DNA of 44,571 nucleotides from Methylococcales bacterium (GCA_036478815.1 JAZGEP010000054.1:1-44571), one strand, 5' to 3'. Positions 37,609-44,571 are shown, numbered from the stretch's first letter. Program-made: numbers and translations. Notes: a model not told the origin generated them from the sequence alone.

Positions 37609-37717
37609 GGAGCGAGGATTTAATAACTTCCATGTTTTGACTTGCCTTTTGGCTCCACAGAAGCGCTAATAAAATAGTTTCATAGTCTGTGCTATGCGCT
37701 TGTTTTATTAGCACTCT
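37609..37717 (-). repeat. MITE class A, truncated copy A4 (about two thirds)
   Basis: GGAGCGAGGATTTAATAACTTCCATGTTTTGACTTGCCTTTTGGCTCCACAG...CATAGTCTGTGCTATGCGC aligns with A3 through the core and then diverges. No right terminus. Confidence 0.75.
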
Positions 37718-37789
37718 TAGCTCAAGTTTGCCGTTTTCATCTCACAAATCGCCGTAAGTCATTGATATTGACTTCCCGTAAAAATATTT

Positions 37790-37823
37790 AATTAAAAAAA
37801 CAATCGCTTGAAAATCACAAGCG
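37790..37823 (-). terminator. Rho-independent terminator for the minus-strand pseudogene
   Basis: On the minus strand, CGCTTG-TGATTTT-CAAGCG is followed by ATTGTTTTTTTAATT. It overlaps the stop of the 37815-38192 reading frame. Confidence 0.55.
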
Positions 37824-38192
37824 CTTTGTAGTGCCATAATATACATCCGATCCATTGGTTTCCGCGATTTGAGCCTCCACAGTAACCGCATATTTAGTCA
37901 TCGCACTTCTATCAAAAGTCGCAGCACTATGCGTCACGCCTGCTGGCCAAGCAGAGAGAACCTGTTAACCAATCATCCAGTTGCTATGTTGAGGTTGTAT
38001 CCGAGTGCTGGTTGCAATGTCGTTAGCTTCATCAACAATGCCCATTAACTCGTCGAGTAGTTCTTTGTCGCTTTCGATGGCTCTGGATGTAACTTCGCTG
38101 GGTAGTATGGTTTCCGTAGCATAGGAGATGTTAGCAATGGTTATTAATATCGATCCCACAAGCAGGAGCTGATATCAACTAGCTTTAGTCAT
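37815..38192 (-). pseudogene. Small secreted-protein gene disrupted by two in-frame stops
   Basis: One frame reads MTKAS*YQLLLVGSILITIANISYATETILPSEV...HSNWMIG*QVLSAWPAGVTHSAATFDRS...DVYYGTTKRL*. The N-terminus resembles a signal peptide, the two stops (TGA, TAA) stay in frame, and a terminator follows. No family recognised. Confidence 0.35.
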
Positions 38193-38222
38193 GGTTTGCT
38201 ATCTGGGTAAGATTGGAACTTC

Positions 38223-38324
38223 GGAGCGAGGATTTAAAATGAGTTGTTCTACGCAACGATTGAGATGGTTTCGTCAGGAGCAAAAAGACCAGCCAGGATG
38301 TTCAAGAAAGTTCATGCACGTTCC
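38223..38324 (+). repeat. Chimeric MITE: class-A left terminus joined to half a class-F/B element
   Basis: GGAGCGAGGATTTAAAAT (A terminus) is followed by CTACGCAACGATTGAGATGGTTTCGTCAGGAGCAAAAAGACCAGCCAGGATGTTCAAGAAAGTTCATGCACGTTCC. The second part matches the reverse complement of the F1 left half. TTA follows. Confidence 0.65.
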
Positions 38325-38625
38325 TTAATGTCAAGTAACTATTCACGTTGACTTGTTCAATATTTATGTTGTATATGTGTGATTAACTAAACTTTTGGAG
38401 TTCTACCGTGTTGTTGCCTGCTTGAGAAATCTGCGGCTTGAACTATTTTTGACTGATCTCGTTAGCCCGTCAAGTTGTCTGTGTCTTTATGTGTATTTTC
38501 AGTTTTATAATAGCATCAGTTAGGCTCAGGTATAACTTTTCGTGAACTTGCGCAAGGTGGGGGAAATGACACCCGGAAAAACTTGGTAGTGATCAGAACG
38601 GAAATATGAATTAAGGAGAAACACA

Positions 38626-39816
38626 ATGGATAATTTTGAATACATCGTTCTTCGACATGAGAATCCCTTTGTGCCTGAATCTGCAAGTGTTGGTTCAGAG
38701 TTATTGGGGGCAGGCCCAAGAGCGCCTGGATCCTCTGGTAACCCAGGATCATTGGAGCTGGAGAAAATGGCACTGAGTAAGAAAGATAAGGACGATCTTA
38801 GACGGGATCCGAGAACCCGGGCTATCGCAGTGCCGATGCCTTTGCGACTTCATGAACCGGTAGAGGCAAATCTTACTGTGTCGGCTACCACTACAACTTG
38901 GGGTGTTGATGCGGTCGGTGCCGTCAATTCAAGCTTTGATGGTAGTAATATTGTTGTTTGTGTATTGGATACTGGAATCGACCCTGGTCATGCTGCGTTC
39001 AATGGTGTGGACATCGTGCAAAAAAACTTTACCACTGAGGGTGATAATGATAACCATGGTCATGGAACTCACTGCGCGGGGACCATTTTTGGACAGGATG
39101 TAGATGGTCTTCGCATCGGTGTTGCTCGTAACATCAAAAAGGCCCTGATTGGTAAAGTTCTGGGAGAAGGCGGGGGCTCGTCCGCTACCTTGGCGAGTGC
39201 TATCAACTGGGCAGCTGAACAAGGAGCGCATGTCGTTTCAATGTCTCTGGGGATCGATTTCCCCGGATTCGTGCAACAACTTCAAGGATCCGGTATGGAT
39301 ATACGGCCAGCAACATCGATTGCACTTGAGCAATATCGGGCCAACATCAATCTATTCACCCAATTGGCCGATTTCTTGCTCGCGCGCAATGCGTTTGCTC
39401 AGGGAACAGTTGTGGTCGCCGCTTCGGGTAACGAAAGCAATCGCCCTGCATTCGAAATTGCGGCTGCACCGCCGTCTGCAGGCACTGGGATTATTTCGGT
39501 TGGTGCATTGAGCGAGGGAAACGCTGGCTTTGGCGTTGCCGGATTTTCCAATACTCAATGCAATGTCTCTGCACCGGGTGTGAATATCGTCTCCGCCAAG
39601 TTAGGTGGAGGCCTGGTTGGAATGAGTGGTACAAGTATGGCAACTCCTCACGTGGCTGGTGTTGCTACGTTATGGGCACAAAAACAATTTTCTGAGAATG
39701 GTCAGGTATCGGGCGAAAATCTAGCTGCCAATATCCTCGCTTCAGCAATCCGTACACCATTGGCTGCTGGTCTGGAAATGGATGATGTTGGCAATGGGAT
39801 TGTACAAGCGCCGTAA
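38626..39816 (+). CDS. S8-family subtilisin-like serine peptidase, no signal peptide (predicted cytoplasmic)
   Basis: Catalytic triad in D-H-S order: VCVLDTGID, HGHGTHCAGT, GTSMATPHVAG, with oxyanion Asn in AASGNES. The roughly 95-aa N-terminal region (MDNFEYIVLRHENPF...) is hydrophilic. AAGGAG RBS lies 8 nt upstream. GC content is visibly higher than in neighbouring genes. Confidence 0.85.
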   Translation: MDNFEYIVLRHENPFVPESASVGSELLGAGPRAPGSSGNPGSLELEKMALSKKDKDDLRRDPRTRAIAVPMPLRLHEPVEANLTVSATTTTWGVDAVGAVNSSFDGSNIVVCVLDTGIDPGHAAFNGVDIVQKNFTTEGDNDNHGHGTHCAGTIFGQDVDGLRIGVARNIKKALIGKVLGEGGGSSATLASAINWAAEQGAHVVSMSLGIDFPGFVQQLQGSGMDIRPATSIALEQYRANINLFTQLADFLLARNAFAQGTVVVAASGNESNRPAFEIAAAPPSAGTGIISVGALSEGNAGFGVAGFSNTQCNVSAPGVNIVSAKLGGGLVGMSGTSMATPHVAGVATLWAQKQFSENGQVSGENLAANILASAIRTPLAAGLEMDDVGNGIVQAP

Positions 39817-40076
39817 ATTGTTACTCTGAATGATTTGGTTTCTATGATCCGAGGGCTGGCAGTAAAAGCACAGGGTCTTGTGCCGACTTTCTGCACACAG
39901 GATTAAATGTTTATATCTCTCAGTAAGAATTAGGTGTCAGTCATTGAAGAATTCTCGATGCAATGCTGGCACCCATTCTTATCATTGAACTTGATATTCA
40001 TTTCCCTTCTATCTTTACTTGATCTGTAAACGATAGGGGATCACCTTTTTTGTCCCTCAAGAACGAGGAGTCAAGA

Positions 40077-40742
40077 ATGAAGCAAGGAGTAAAATCAATT
40101 TTTATTATTTCCCTTTTGATGAACGTCCTGATAACGATTCCTGCATTAATATTGCTGATGTATAGTTCAGGCATACAATATCATCTCTACCAAAACATAT
40201 TGGCGCCTAAGTTAGGGCGTCCCGAAATTGCATTCATCGGTGATTCTATAACAAGAGACGGTGGTATTTGGGCATTTAAAATAGGTGAATATAATTTCAA
40301 TACATGGAATTTTGGACACGGTGGATTAACCACACGACAATTGCGTCTTTATGGTAAAAGAGTTGCTAATCTTCGTCCAAAAGTTGCGTTCGTTATGGCT
40401 GGTATTAATGATGAAGATAAGAGCCTTGCAGGAGCGCATTTATCATTTGGATACTACGTAGAAATTTTGGATAAACTACAAGAGTTTGGAGTTGAACCCA
40501 TCATTCAGTTGACTTTATATCGGGAAGAAGAACAATTTGTAGAGTTTGTAGAGACACTTAATAATAAATTGCGTGAATATGCTGCTGAACACAACTTATC
40601 TGTTATCGACTTAAATCCACTTCTTTGTCCAAGTCAATCATTACTTCCAAAATATTCTCGAGATGGGACTCACCTCACTAAAGCTGCATATAAAATCTGG
40701 TCTAAAGAAATCAGAAAAACACTAAACAATAAAAATCTCTGA
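40077..40742 (+). CDS. SGNH/GDSL-family hydrolase with N-terminal membrane anchor
   Basis: The four SGNH blocks are present: FIGDSIT, GHGG, GINDE, DGTHLT. One TM helix (IFIISLLMNVLITIPALILLMY). Start at the ATG at 40077 with a GAGGAG RBS; the ORF-track TTG at 40050 is unlikely. Confidence 0.8.
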   Translation: MKQGVKSIFIISLLMNVLITIPALILLMYSSGIQYHLYQNILAPKLGRPEIAFIGDSITRDGGIWAFKIGEYNFNTWNFGHGGLTTRQLRLYGKRVANLRPKVAFVMAGINDEDKSLAGAHLSFGYYVEILDKLQEFGVEPIIQLTLYREEEQFVEFVETLNNKLREYAAEHNLSVIDLNPLLCPSQSLLPKYSRDGTHLTKAAYKIWSKEIRKTLNNKNL

Positions 40743-40900
40743 CAAACAGAATATTTATGGTCAGTGAAGTGAAAAGAGTGTCTTGCAATAATGTAATTTC
40801 AGAATCACAGAATCAAATGTTAGATTGCAAGACTTGGCAGTATTAGGGCCAGACTCGATTGAAAATAAAGTTATAAAATAATTATCTCTCTCGTGCGCCT

Positions 40901-40990
40901 AGCAGCTAACCACTTCTCAGCTCCCTATACCCGGCAATATCACATTGAAAGACTACTAGTGAGACATGGGGGTTAGGGCCATCTGTCCTG
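40901..40990 (+). repeat. Repeat G, copy 2
   Basis: ...CTATACCCGGCAATATCACATTGAAAGACTACTAGTGAGACATGGGGGTTAGGGCCAT aligns with 12441-12530. Confidence 0.55.
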
Positions 40991-41100
40991 CTATGAATTG
41001 TTTGTAACTCAGTTCCATGTATTTTTGATTAAAGTTTCCACATCCTTTGCCGACATCTATAAAGTATCCGTAGGAATTTTTCTTTATGAATTATTGTATA

Positions 41101-41256
41101 GGAACGTGCACAAAATCACTTGGTCAACAGGTATAGAATTTTTGTCTGTCTTCAAGGTACAGCGAAGGGCGCATAGCGAGCTATTCAACCGTAGCTGCAA
41201 CGCGGAAGACGGATAAAAAGACAAGTCAGTTGACCAAGTGATTTCGTGCACGTTCC
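41101..41256 (+). mobile_element. MITE class F, copy F2
   Basis: GGAACGTGCACAAAATCACTTGGTCAAC...GTTGACCAAGTGATTTCGTGCACGTTCC, followed by TTA. Core GGGCGCATAGCGAGCTATTCAACC. Confidence 0.85.
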
Positions 41257-41419
41257 TTAGGATACTAACGTGGGGTTTCATATAGAAATATTCGCATATT
41301 CTGCGACAAAACGCCTTTAAAATTTCTGTTTTCATATAACAGGCGTTGTTTGCAAATAGTTGCTTTGAAATGTATGTTTTTTTTCGTAGTGTTTTTGATG
41401 TGTGTCAGGAGAGTCAGGA

Positions 41420-41902
41420 ATGAATCAAAGAGCTGAACAAGGCTTTACTTTAATTGAATTGGTAATAGCAATGGCTATTATGTCAATATTAACGCTGATT
41501 GCCGTACCCAGTTATCAGGAACACCTGCAAAAAACACGGATTGCTATGGCAAAAGCTGATTTAATGGAACTTGCAGGTTATTTAGAGCGTCAGCGTACTG
41601 TAAATGCTTGTTATAACGGTAGTGCTTGCGATAAGACCAAGACAACTGGGGCAACCCCATTGATTGCAAATCAGAGTTCATCCATTCTTGCTATGCTCTC
41701 GGATGAAACAGCCAAGTATTATGATGTCACACTCGAGGTTTTAACCAATTCCACATATACGCTAAGGGCAACACCAGACACCAGTACTCCACAAGATGGT
41801 ACTGGATATCTTGAGGTATTGCATACGGGGCAACAACGTTGGGATAAAAATGATGATGATGATACTGGGGATACTAATGAGGGGAATTGGAAACGTAAAT
41901 AG
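41420..41902 (+). CDS. Type IV pilin, PilE/minor-pilin-like, orphan
   Basis: Prepilin leader and methylation motif MNQRAEQG/FTLIELVIAMAIMSILTLIAVPSYQ. The YTLRATP block resembles PilE. Start at the ATG at 41420. No other pil genes are nearby. Confidence 0.8.
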   Translation: MNQRAEQGFTLIELVIAMAIMSILTLIAVPSYQEHLQKTRIAMAKADLMELAGYLERQRTVNACYNGSACDKTKTTGATPLIANQSSSILAMLSDETAKYYDVTLEVLTNSTYTLRATPDTSTPQDGTGYLEVLHTGQQRWDKNDDDDTGDTNEGNWKRK

Positions 41903-42002
41903 AGCCTGAAAGGTTAATTGTTTTAAAAAAAGGGAGTGGGGAATTGATAGGTGGTGATATGAAATTCTCACTCCTGAATCACTTATAAAATGACCACTAC
42001 CA

Positions 42003-42035
42003 AAAAAGGGTTTCGTTTTACGAAACCCTTTTTTG
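42003..42035. terminator. Bidirectional rho-independent terminator
   Basis: AAAAAAGGGTTTCG-TTTTA-CGAAACCCTTTTTT lies between the convergent pilin and DUF533 genes. A/T tracts flank both sides. Confidence 0.85.
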
Positions 42036-42052
42036 GTTATTGGCATTAAAGT

Positions 42053-42757
42053 TTAGGCATTGGAAGAACTCTGGTGTGTCGCCTTGTAATCAAGTTCTGC
42101 AACCAGCGTATCTTTTAGTTTCAATTGTTTTGCCAGTTCAGCCAGGTAGGCTTTTTCCTGGGCATTGCTATCATCAATAATAATTCTGGAAACCAGATAA
42201 ATTTCTGCTGCGGCGTTGGGTGAGTCTGCTGCCGAGGCAATTTCAGCAGCACTAACCGGCTTTGTCAATTCGGCCTGGAGAAATTCCAGGGTATCACCAT
42301 CCAGTGACATTGTGGACAGTTGCTTTTGAATTGTTTCAAGCTCGCCTTCGTCAATATGTCCGTCAGCTTTGGCTGCTGCAATCATGGCTCTGAGTAAGGT
42401 CAGGCTTCTATTTTCTGCTGCTTCTCCTTCTAGCTGATTGGCCGATGCGGTTTCCTCAACAGGTTTGCCGGAATGCACGCCTTGCCAGTTTTGAAATGCT
42501 TTATAGGCTAAACCACCTACAGCTGCCACACTACCCATTTTAAGAGCGGCTCCAGTCACTTTTCTGCCAGCACCTGTGCCTAGTAATACAGCTAATACTC
42601 CAGCACCAATTGCACCTTTTTTTGCGCCATCAAGCATTGTGTTGCGGGCGTTTTCATCGACAGGTACACCGGCTTTGTTTTCGACCAAGTCTTTGCCTTG
42701 TTCAACCAAATCCTGCCCGGTTTTTAATAGATCATCTAATATACTGCGTGCATCCAT
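42053..42757 (-). CDS. DUF533 (YebE-like) / TerB-fold membrane-associated protein
   Basis: 234 aa. Gly/Ala-rich hydrophobic segment (GAIGAGVLAVLLGTGAG...AAVGGLAYKAF) and a C-terminal TerB-like region (MIAAAKADGHIDEGE). Confidence 0.65.
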   Translation of the reverse strand: MDARSILDDLLKTGQDLVEQGKDLVENKAGVPVDENARNTMLDGAKKGAIGAGVLAVLLGTGAGRKVTGAALKMGSVAAVGGLAYKAFQNWQGVHSGKPVEETASANQLEGEAAENRSLTLLRAMIAAAKADGHIDEGELETIQKQLSTMSLDGDTLEFLQAELTKPVSAAEIASAADSPNAAAEIYLVSRIIIDDSNAQEKAYLAELAKQLKLKDTLVAELDYKATHQSSSNA

Positions 42758-43052
42758 GTTCTGTTCTCCTAAATTACTCTGTTTGAACTGTTGAAGAATC
42801 GATTTCTCAGAAGGCTAAACACCAGAGCTGTCAGTTTGTGAAGTTTTCCGGTGACTGCCAGAAAAGCCATTATGGTATTGCTTTTGCTTGTAATGTTTAG
42901 TTGTGAGGGTACCTTTAGACTTTAGTGAGTGTCAACAGCTATTAATGTTTTCTTTTGTTTAGCGCGTCTCAGATTATTTTCAAGTGTTTATTTGACTTGG
43001 TTTTGAACGATACGAGTCTTGTTGTTCTGCGCTATAATATCGCATTTCCGAA

Positions 43053-44102
43053 ATGCTGGTTTCTTTAAGCGTAATCCTAATCCTTTTGAATACTTTAGAC
43101 AAATCAATTCAACCCAATGCGCTGCATGTTTATGCGCCCGCGCGTTTGCATATGGGTTTTATTGATATTTCCGGGGTTTTGGGTCGGCGTTTTGGGAGTA
43201 TTGGCGTAGCACTCAATGAAGTGGGTGTCAGTATGCGGTTGTCTCGCTCTAATCGATTAGATGTTAAAGGTTTTCAGCGTGATCGAGGGCAGTTGTATGC
43301 GACACGTTTTTTTGATGCTTTTCAGCTCGATGGTGGCGCTAAGATTGTCATCGACCAAGCGATTCCAGAACATGCCGGTCTTGGTTCTGGTACACAGATG
43401 GCATTGTCGATTGGTGTTGGATTAAGTCGTTTGTATGGCTTGAATAAAACATTGGAGCAACTGGTTCCGTTGATGGGGCGTGGCAATCGTTCAGGGATTG
43501 GCATTGGTGCGTTTTGTCAGGGTGGTTTGGTGGTTGATGGGGGCCGAGCAGCAGGCACTGTAATTCCACCAGTCGTGAGTCAACTGCAAGTACCCGATGA
43601 ATGGCGATTTATCTTGATACTGGATGCAAGTGTTCGAGGCATTCACGGTGATAGCGAGGCTGAAGCCTTCAACAGTTTACCCGAATTTCCTGCACAGTTG
43701 GTTGCGCATCTTTGTCATTTGGTCTTTATGCGCGGTTTACCTGCAGTCATTGAAAATGATTTACCGGTGTTCGGTGAAGTGATTAGTGAGCTACAAGCAC
43801 GTGTCGGCGATCATTTCGCAGTTGTACAGGGTGGGCGTTTTACCAGTCAAGCGGTTGAGCAAGCTGTATTGTGGCTGGGGCAGCAGGGTGCGGTTGGTTT
43901 GGGACAGAGTTCGTGGGGTCCAACTGGGTTTTGTATTGTCAAAGGTGATGTGCTGGCAAATAAAATAATTGAGCAGGCACGTCTCCAATTTACCCGACTT
44001 GGTCTTGAATTTATCAAGACCAGTGTTGCAGAGACAGGAGCTAGTGTCGAGGTGATTGATGCTGCTTCAGAATCTTTACCAATTTACACAGAATTTGCAT
44101 AA
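43053..44102 (+). CDS. mptG: Beta-ribofuranosylaminobenzene 5'-phosphate synthase (methanopterin biosynthesis, GHMP-kinase fold)
   Basis: APARLHMGFIDISG..GRRFGSIG N-terminal motif and GHMP-like PEHAGLGSGTQ. The exact start is uncertain: ATG 43053 gives a hydrophobic extension, and TTG 43086 is possible. Confidence 0.75.
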   Translation: MLVSLSVILILLNTLDKSIQPNALHVYAPARLHMGFIDISGVLGRRFGSIGVALNEVGVSMRLSRSNRLDVKGFQRDRGQLYATRFFDAFQLDGGAKIVIDQAIPEHAGLGSGTQMALSIGVGLSRLYGLNKTLEQLVPLMGRGNRSGIGIGAFCQGGLVVDGGRAAGTVIPPVVSQLQVPDEWRFILILDASVRGIHGDSEAEAFNSLPEFPAQLVAHLCHLVFMRGLPAVIENDLPVFGEVISELQARVGDHFAVVQGGRFTSQAVEQAVLWLGQQGAVGLGQSSWGPTGFCIVKGDVLANKIIEQARLQFTRLGLEFIKTSVAETGASVEVIDAASESLPIYTEFA

Positions 44103-44120
44103 ACAGTTTCAAACATCAGC

Positions 44121-44265
44121 CGTAACTATTCAGTGTGATCGATAATTGCTCAGATTGCCCTCTAGTTTGTTCAAGAGCAAGGCGAAAGCGCGGAGTTTAG
44201 TAGATATAAATGAGCACTTTCCAGACAGCGATTGGATAAACTAGAGGGTAAGCTGAGTAGTTACC
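44121..44265 (+). mobile_element. MITE class D, copy D5 (between mptG and the next gene)
   Basis: CGTAACTATTCAGTG...TAATTGCTCAGATTGCCCTCTAGTTTGTTCAAGAGCAAGGCGAAAGCGCGGAGTTTAG...AATGAGCACTTTCCAGACAGCGATTGGATAAACTAGAGGGTAAGCTGAGTAGTTAC. Confidence 0.85.
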
Positions 44266-44279
44266 ATCCACCACTGATT

Positions 44280-44571
44280 GTGATTGCAAAATCAGCTCGT
44301 ATGCTGGTCGAATCAGCACAGAGTGGTGGACTTGAGGTAATAGCACTAGATCAATTTGGTGATACGGATACACGTGCGGCTGCCAGACAATTTTGTTTGA
44401 TTGACGATTGGTCAAGCGAAGCAGTGATTGCTAACATTGAAGCGCTGGATTTACAGCAACAACCTGTTGTTATTTACGGAACTGGTGTAGATAACAACCC
44501 TGAGTTATTAGAGCAATTGCAACAACGCTACCAGTTACTGGGGAATTCGGCGCAAACCGTTGCACGAGTGA
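44280..44571 (+). CDS. ATP-grasp-type protein of the H4MPT-linked C1 cluster (partial, runs off the window)
   Basis: The frame is open from 44214 to the window end and is absent from the ORF track. It reads ...PLIVIAKSARMLVESAQSGGLEVIALDQFGDTDTRAAA..., resembling the N-terminus of ATP-grasp proteins encoded next to mptG in methylotrophs. The start is uncertain: GTG 44280, ATG 44301, or TTG 44232 inside D5. Confidence 0.5.
   Translation, partial: MIAKSARMLVESAQSGGLEVIALDQFGDTDTRAAARQFCLIDDWSSEAVIANIEALDLQQQPVVIYGTGVDNNPELLEQLQQRYQLLGNSAQTVARV

Noticed and set aside
38516-38773. 85-aa minus-strand ORF overlapping the S8 start
   Set aside because: It is antisense to the S8 5' end and its RBS region, with no recognisable features. 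The S8 frame has a strong RBS and catalytic motifs.
40780-40833. Inverted repeat GTCTTGCAAT...ATTGCAAGAC after the SGNH gene as a terminator
   Set aside because: A 10-bp stem with a 34-nt loop and no T-tract. Not a convincing intrinsic terminator.
40998-41335. ORFs 40998-41216 (+) and 41084-41335 (-)
   Set aside because: Both are centred on MITE F2. They are mutually antisense with no coding signature.
74-44265. Whether the many interspersed repeats could be a CRISPR array or arrays
   Set aside because: The repeats are 100-170-bp full-length hairpins from several sequence classes. They are scattered singly or abutting in intergenic regions, without regular repeat-spacer periodicity, and no cas genes are present.

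Overview
44.6-kb window of an AT-rich gammaproteobacterial chromosome. mptG (methanopterin biosynthesis) followed by an ATP-grasp gene suggests a methylotroph or methanotroph (Methylococcales-like); this is inference only. All product calls come from motifs I recognise in the translations, not from a database search.

Contents:
(1) 0.5-10.7 kb, minus strand: half of a type VI secretion cluster, tagH(fha)-tssJ-tssK-tssL-tssM-tagF-pppA. The order matches the P. aeruginosa H1-T6SS membrane-complex and threonine-phosphorylation module. No tssA/tssBC/hcp/tssEFG/clpV/vgrG lies beside it. The upstream side instead holds repeats, a decayed IS1-family insA remnant and tRNA-Leu(CAG).
(2) Scattered housekeeping genes: psd, fabI, ppiD, tyrS, queA, gatB (without gatCA), mrcB, folE, an AGCS symporter, and YkgJ-, DUF3144- and DUF533-family proteins.
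(3) Accessory genes: a secreted protein made of two tandem polysaccharide-lyase-like domains joined by a 45-bp-repeat linker; an Opp/Dpp-type ABC transporter with one ATPase gene; a GC-rich signal-peptide-less S8 subtilase beside an AT-rich membrane-anchored SGNH hydrolase; an orphan PilE-like pilin; and a small pseudogene.
(4) The strongest non-genic signal: almost every intergenic region is filled with long-hairpin MITE-like elements. I count over 30 copies or fragments, roughly 4.6 kb (about 10% of the window) by an approximate hand tally. I sorted them into working classes A, B, C, D, E, F, H, I and J.
- Most classes have unrelated arms and termini but share GG...CC ends, TTA/TAA flanks and one conserved asymmetric apical core (about GCGCATAG-N5-CTAYGYAAC).
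- One filled-versus-empty site pair shows a TAA duplication directly.
- The TAA stop codons of psd and folE are the flanking triplets of MITEs.
- Three MITEs sit inside apparent operons.

No CRISPR array, rRNA, intact transposase or prophage genes were seen.
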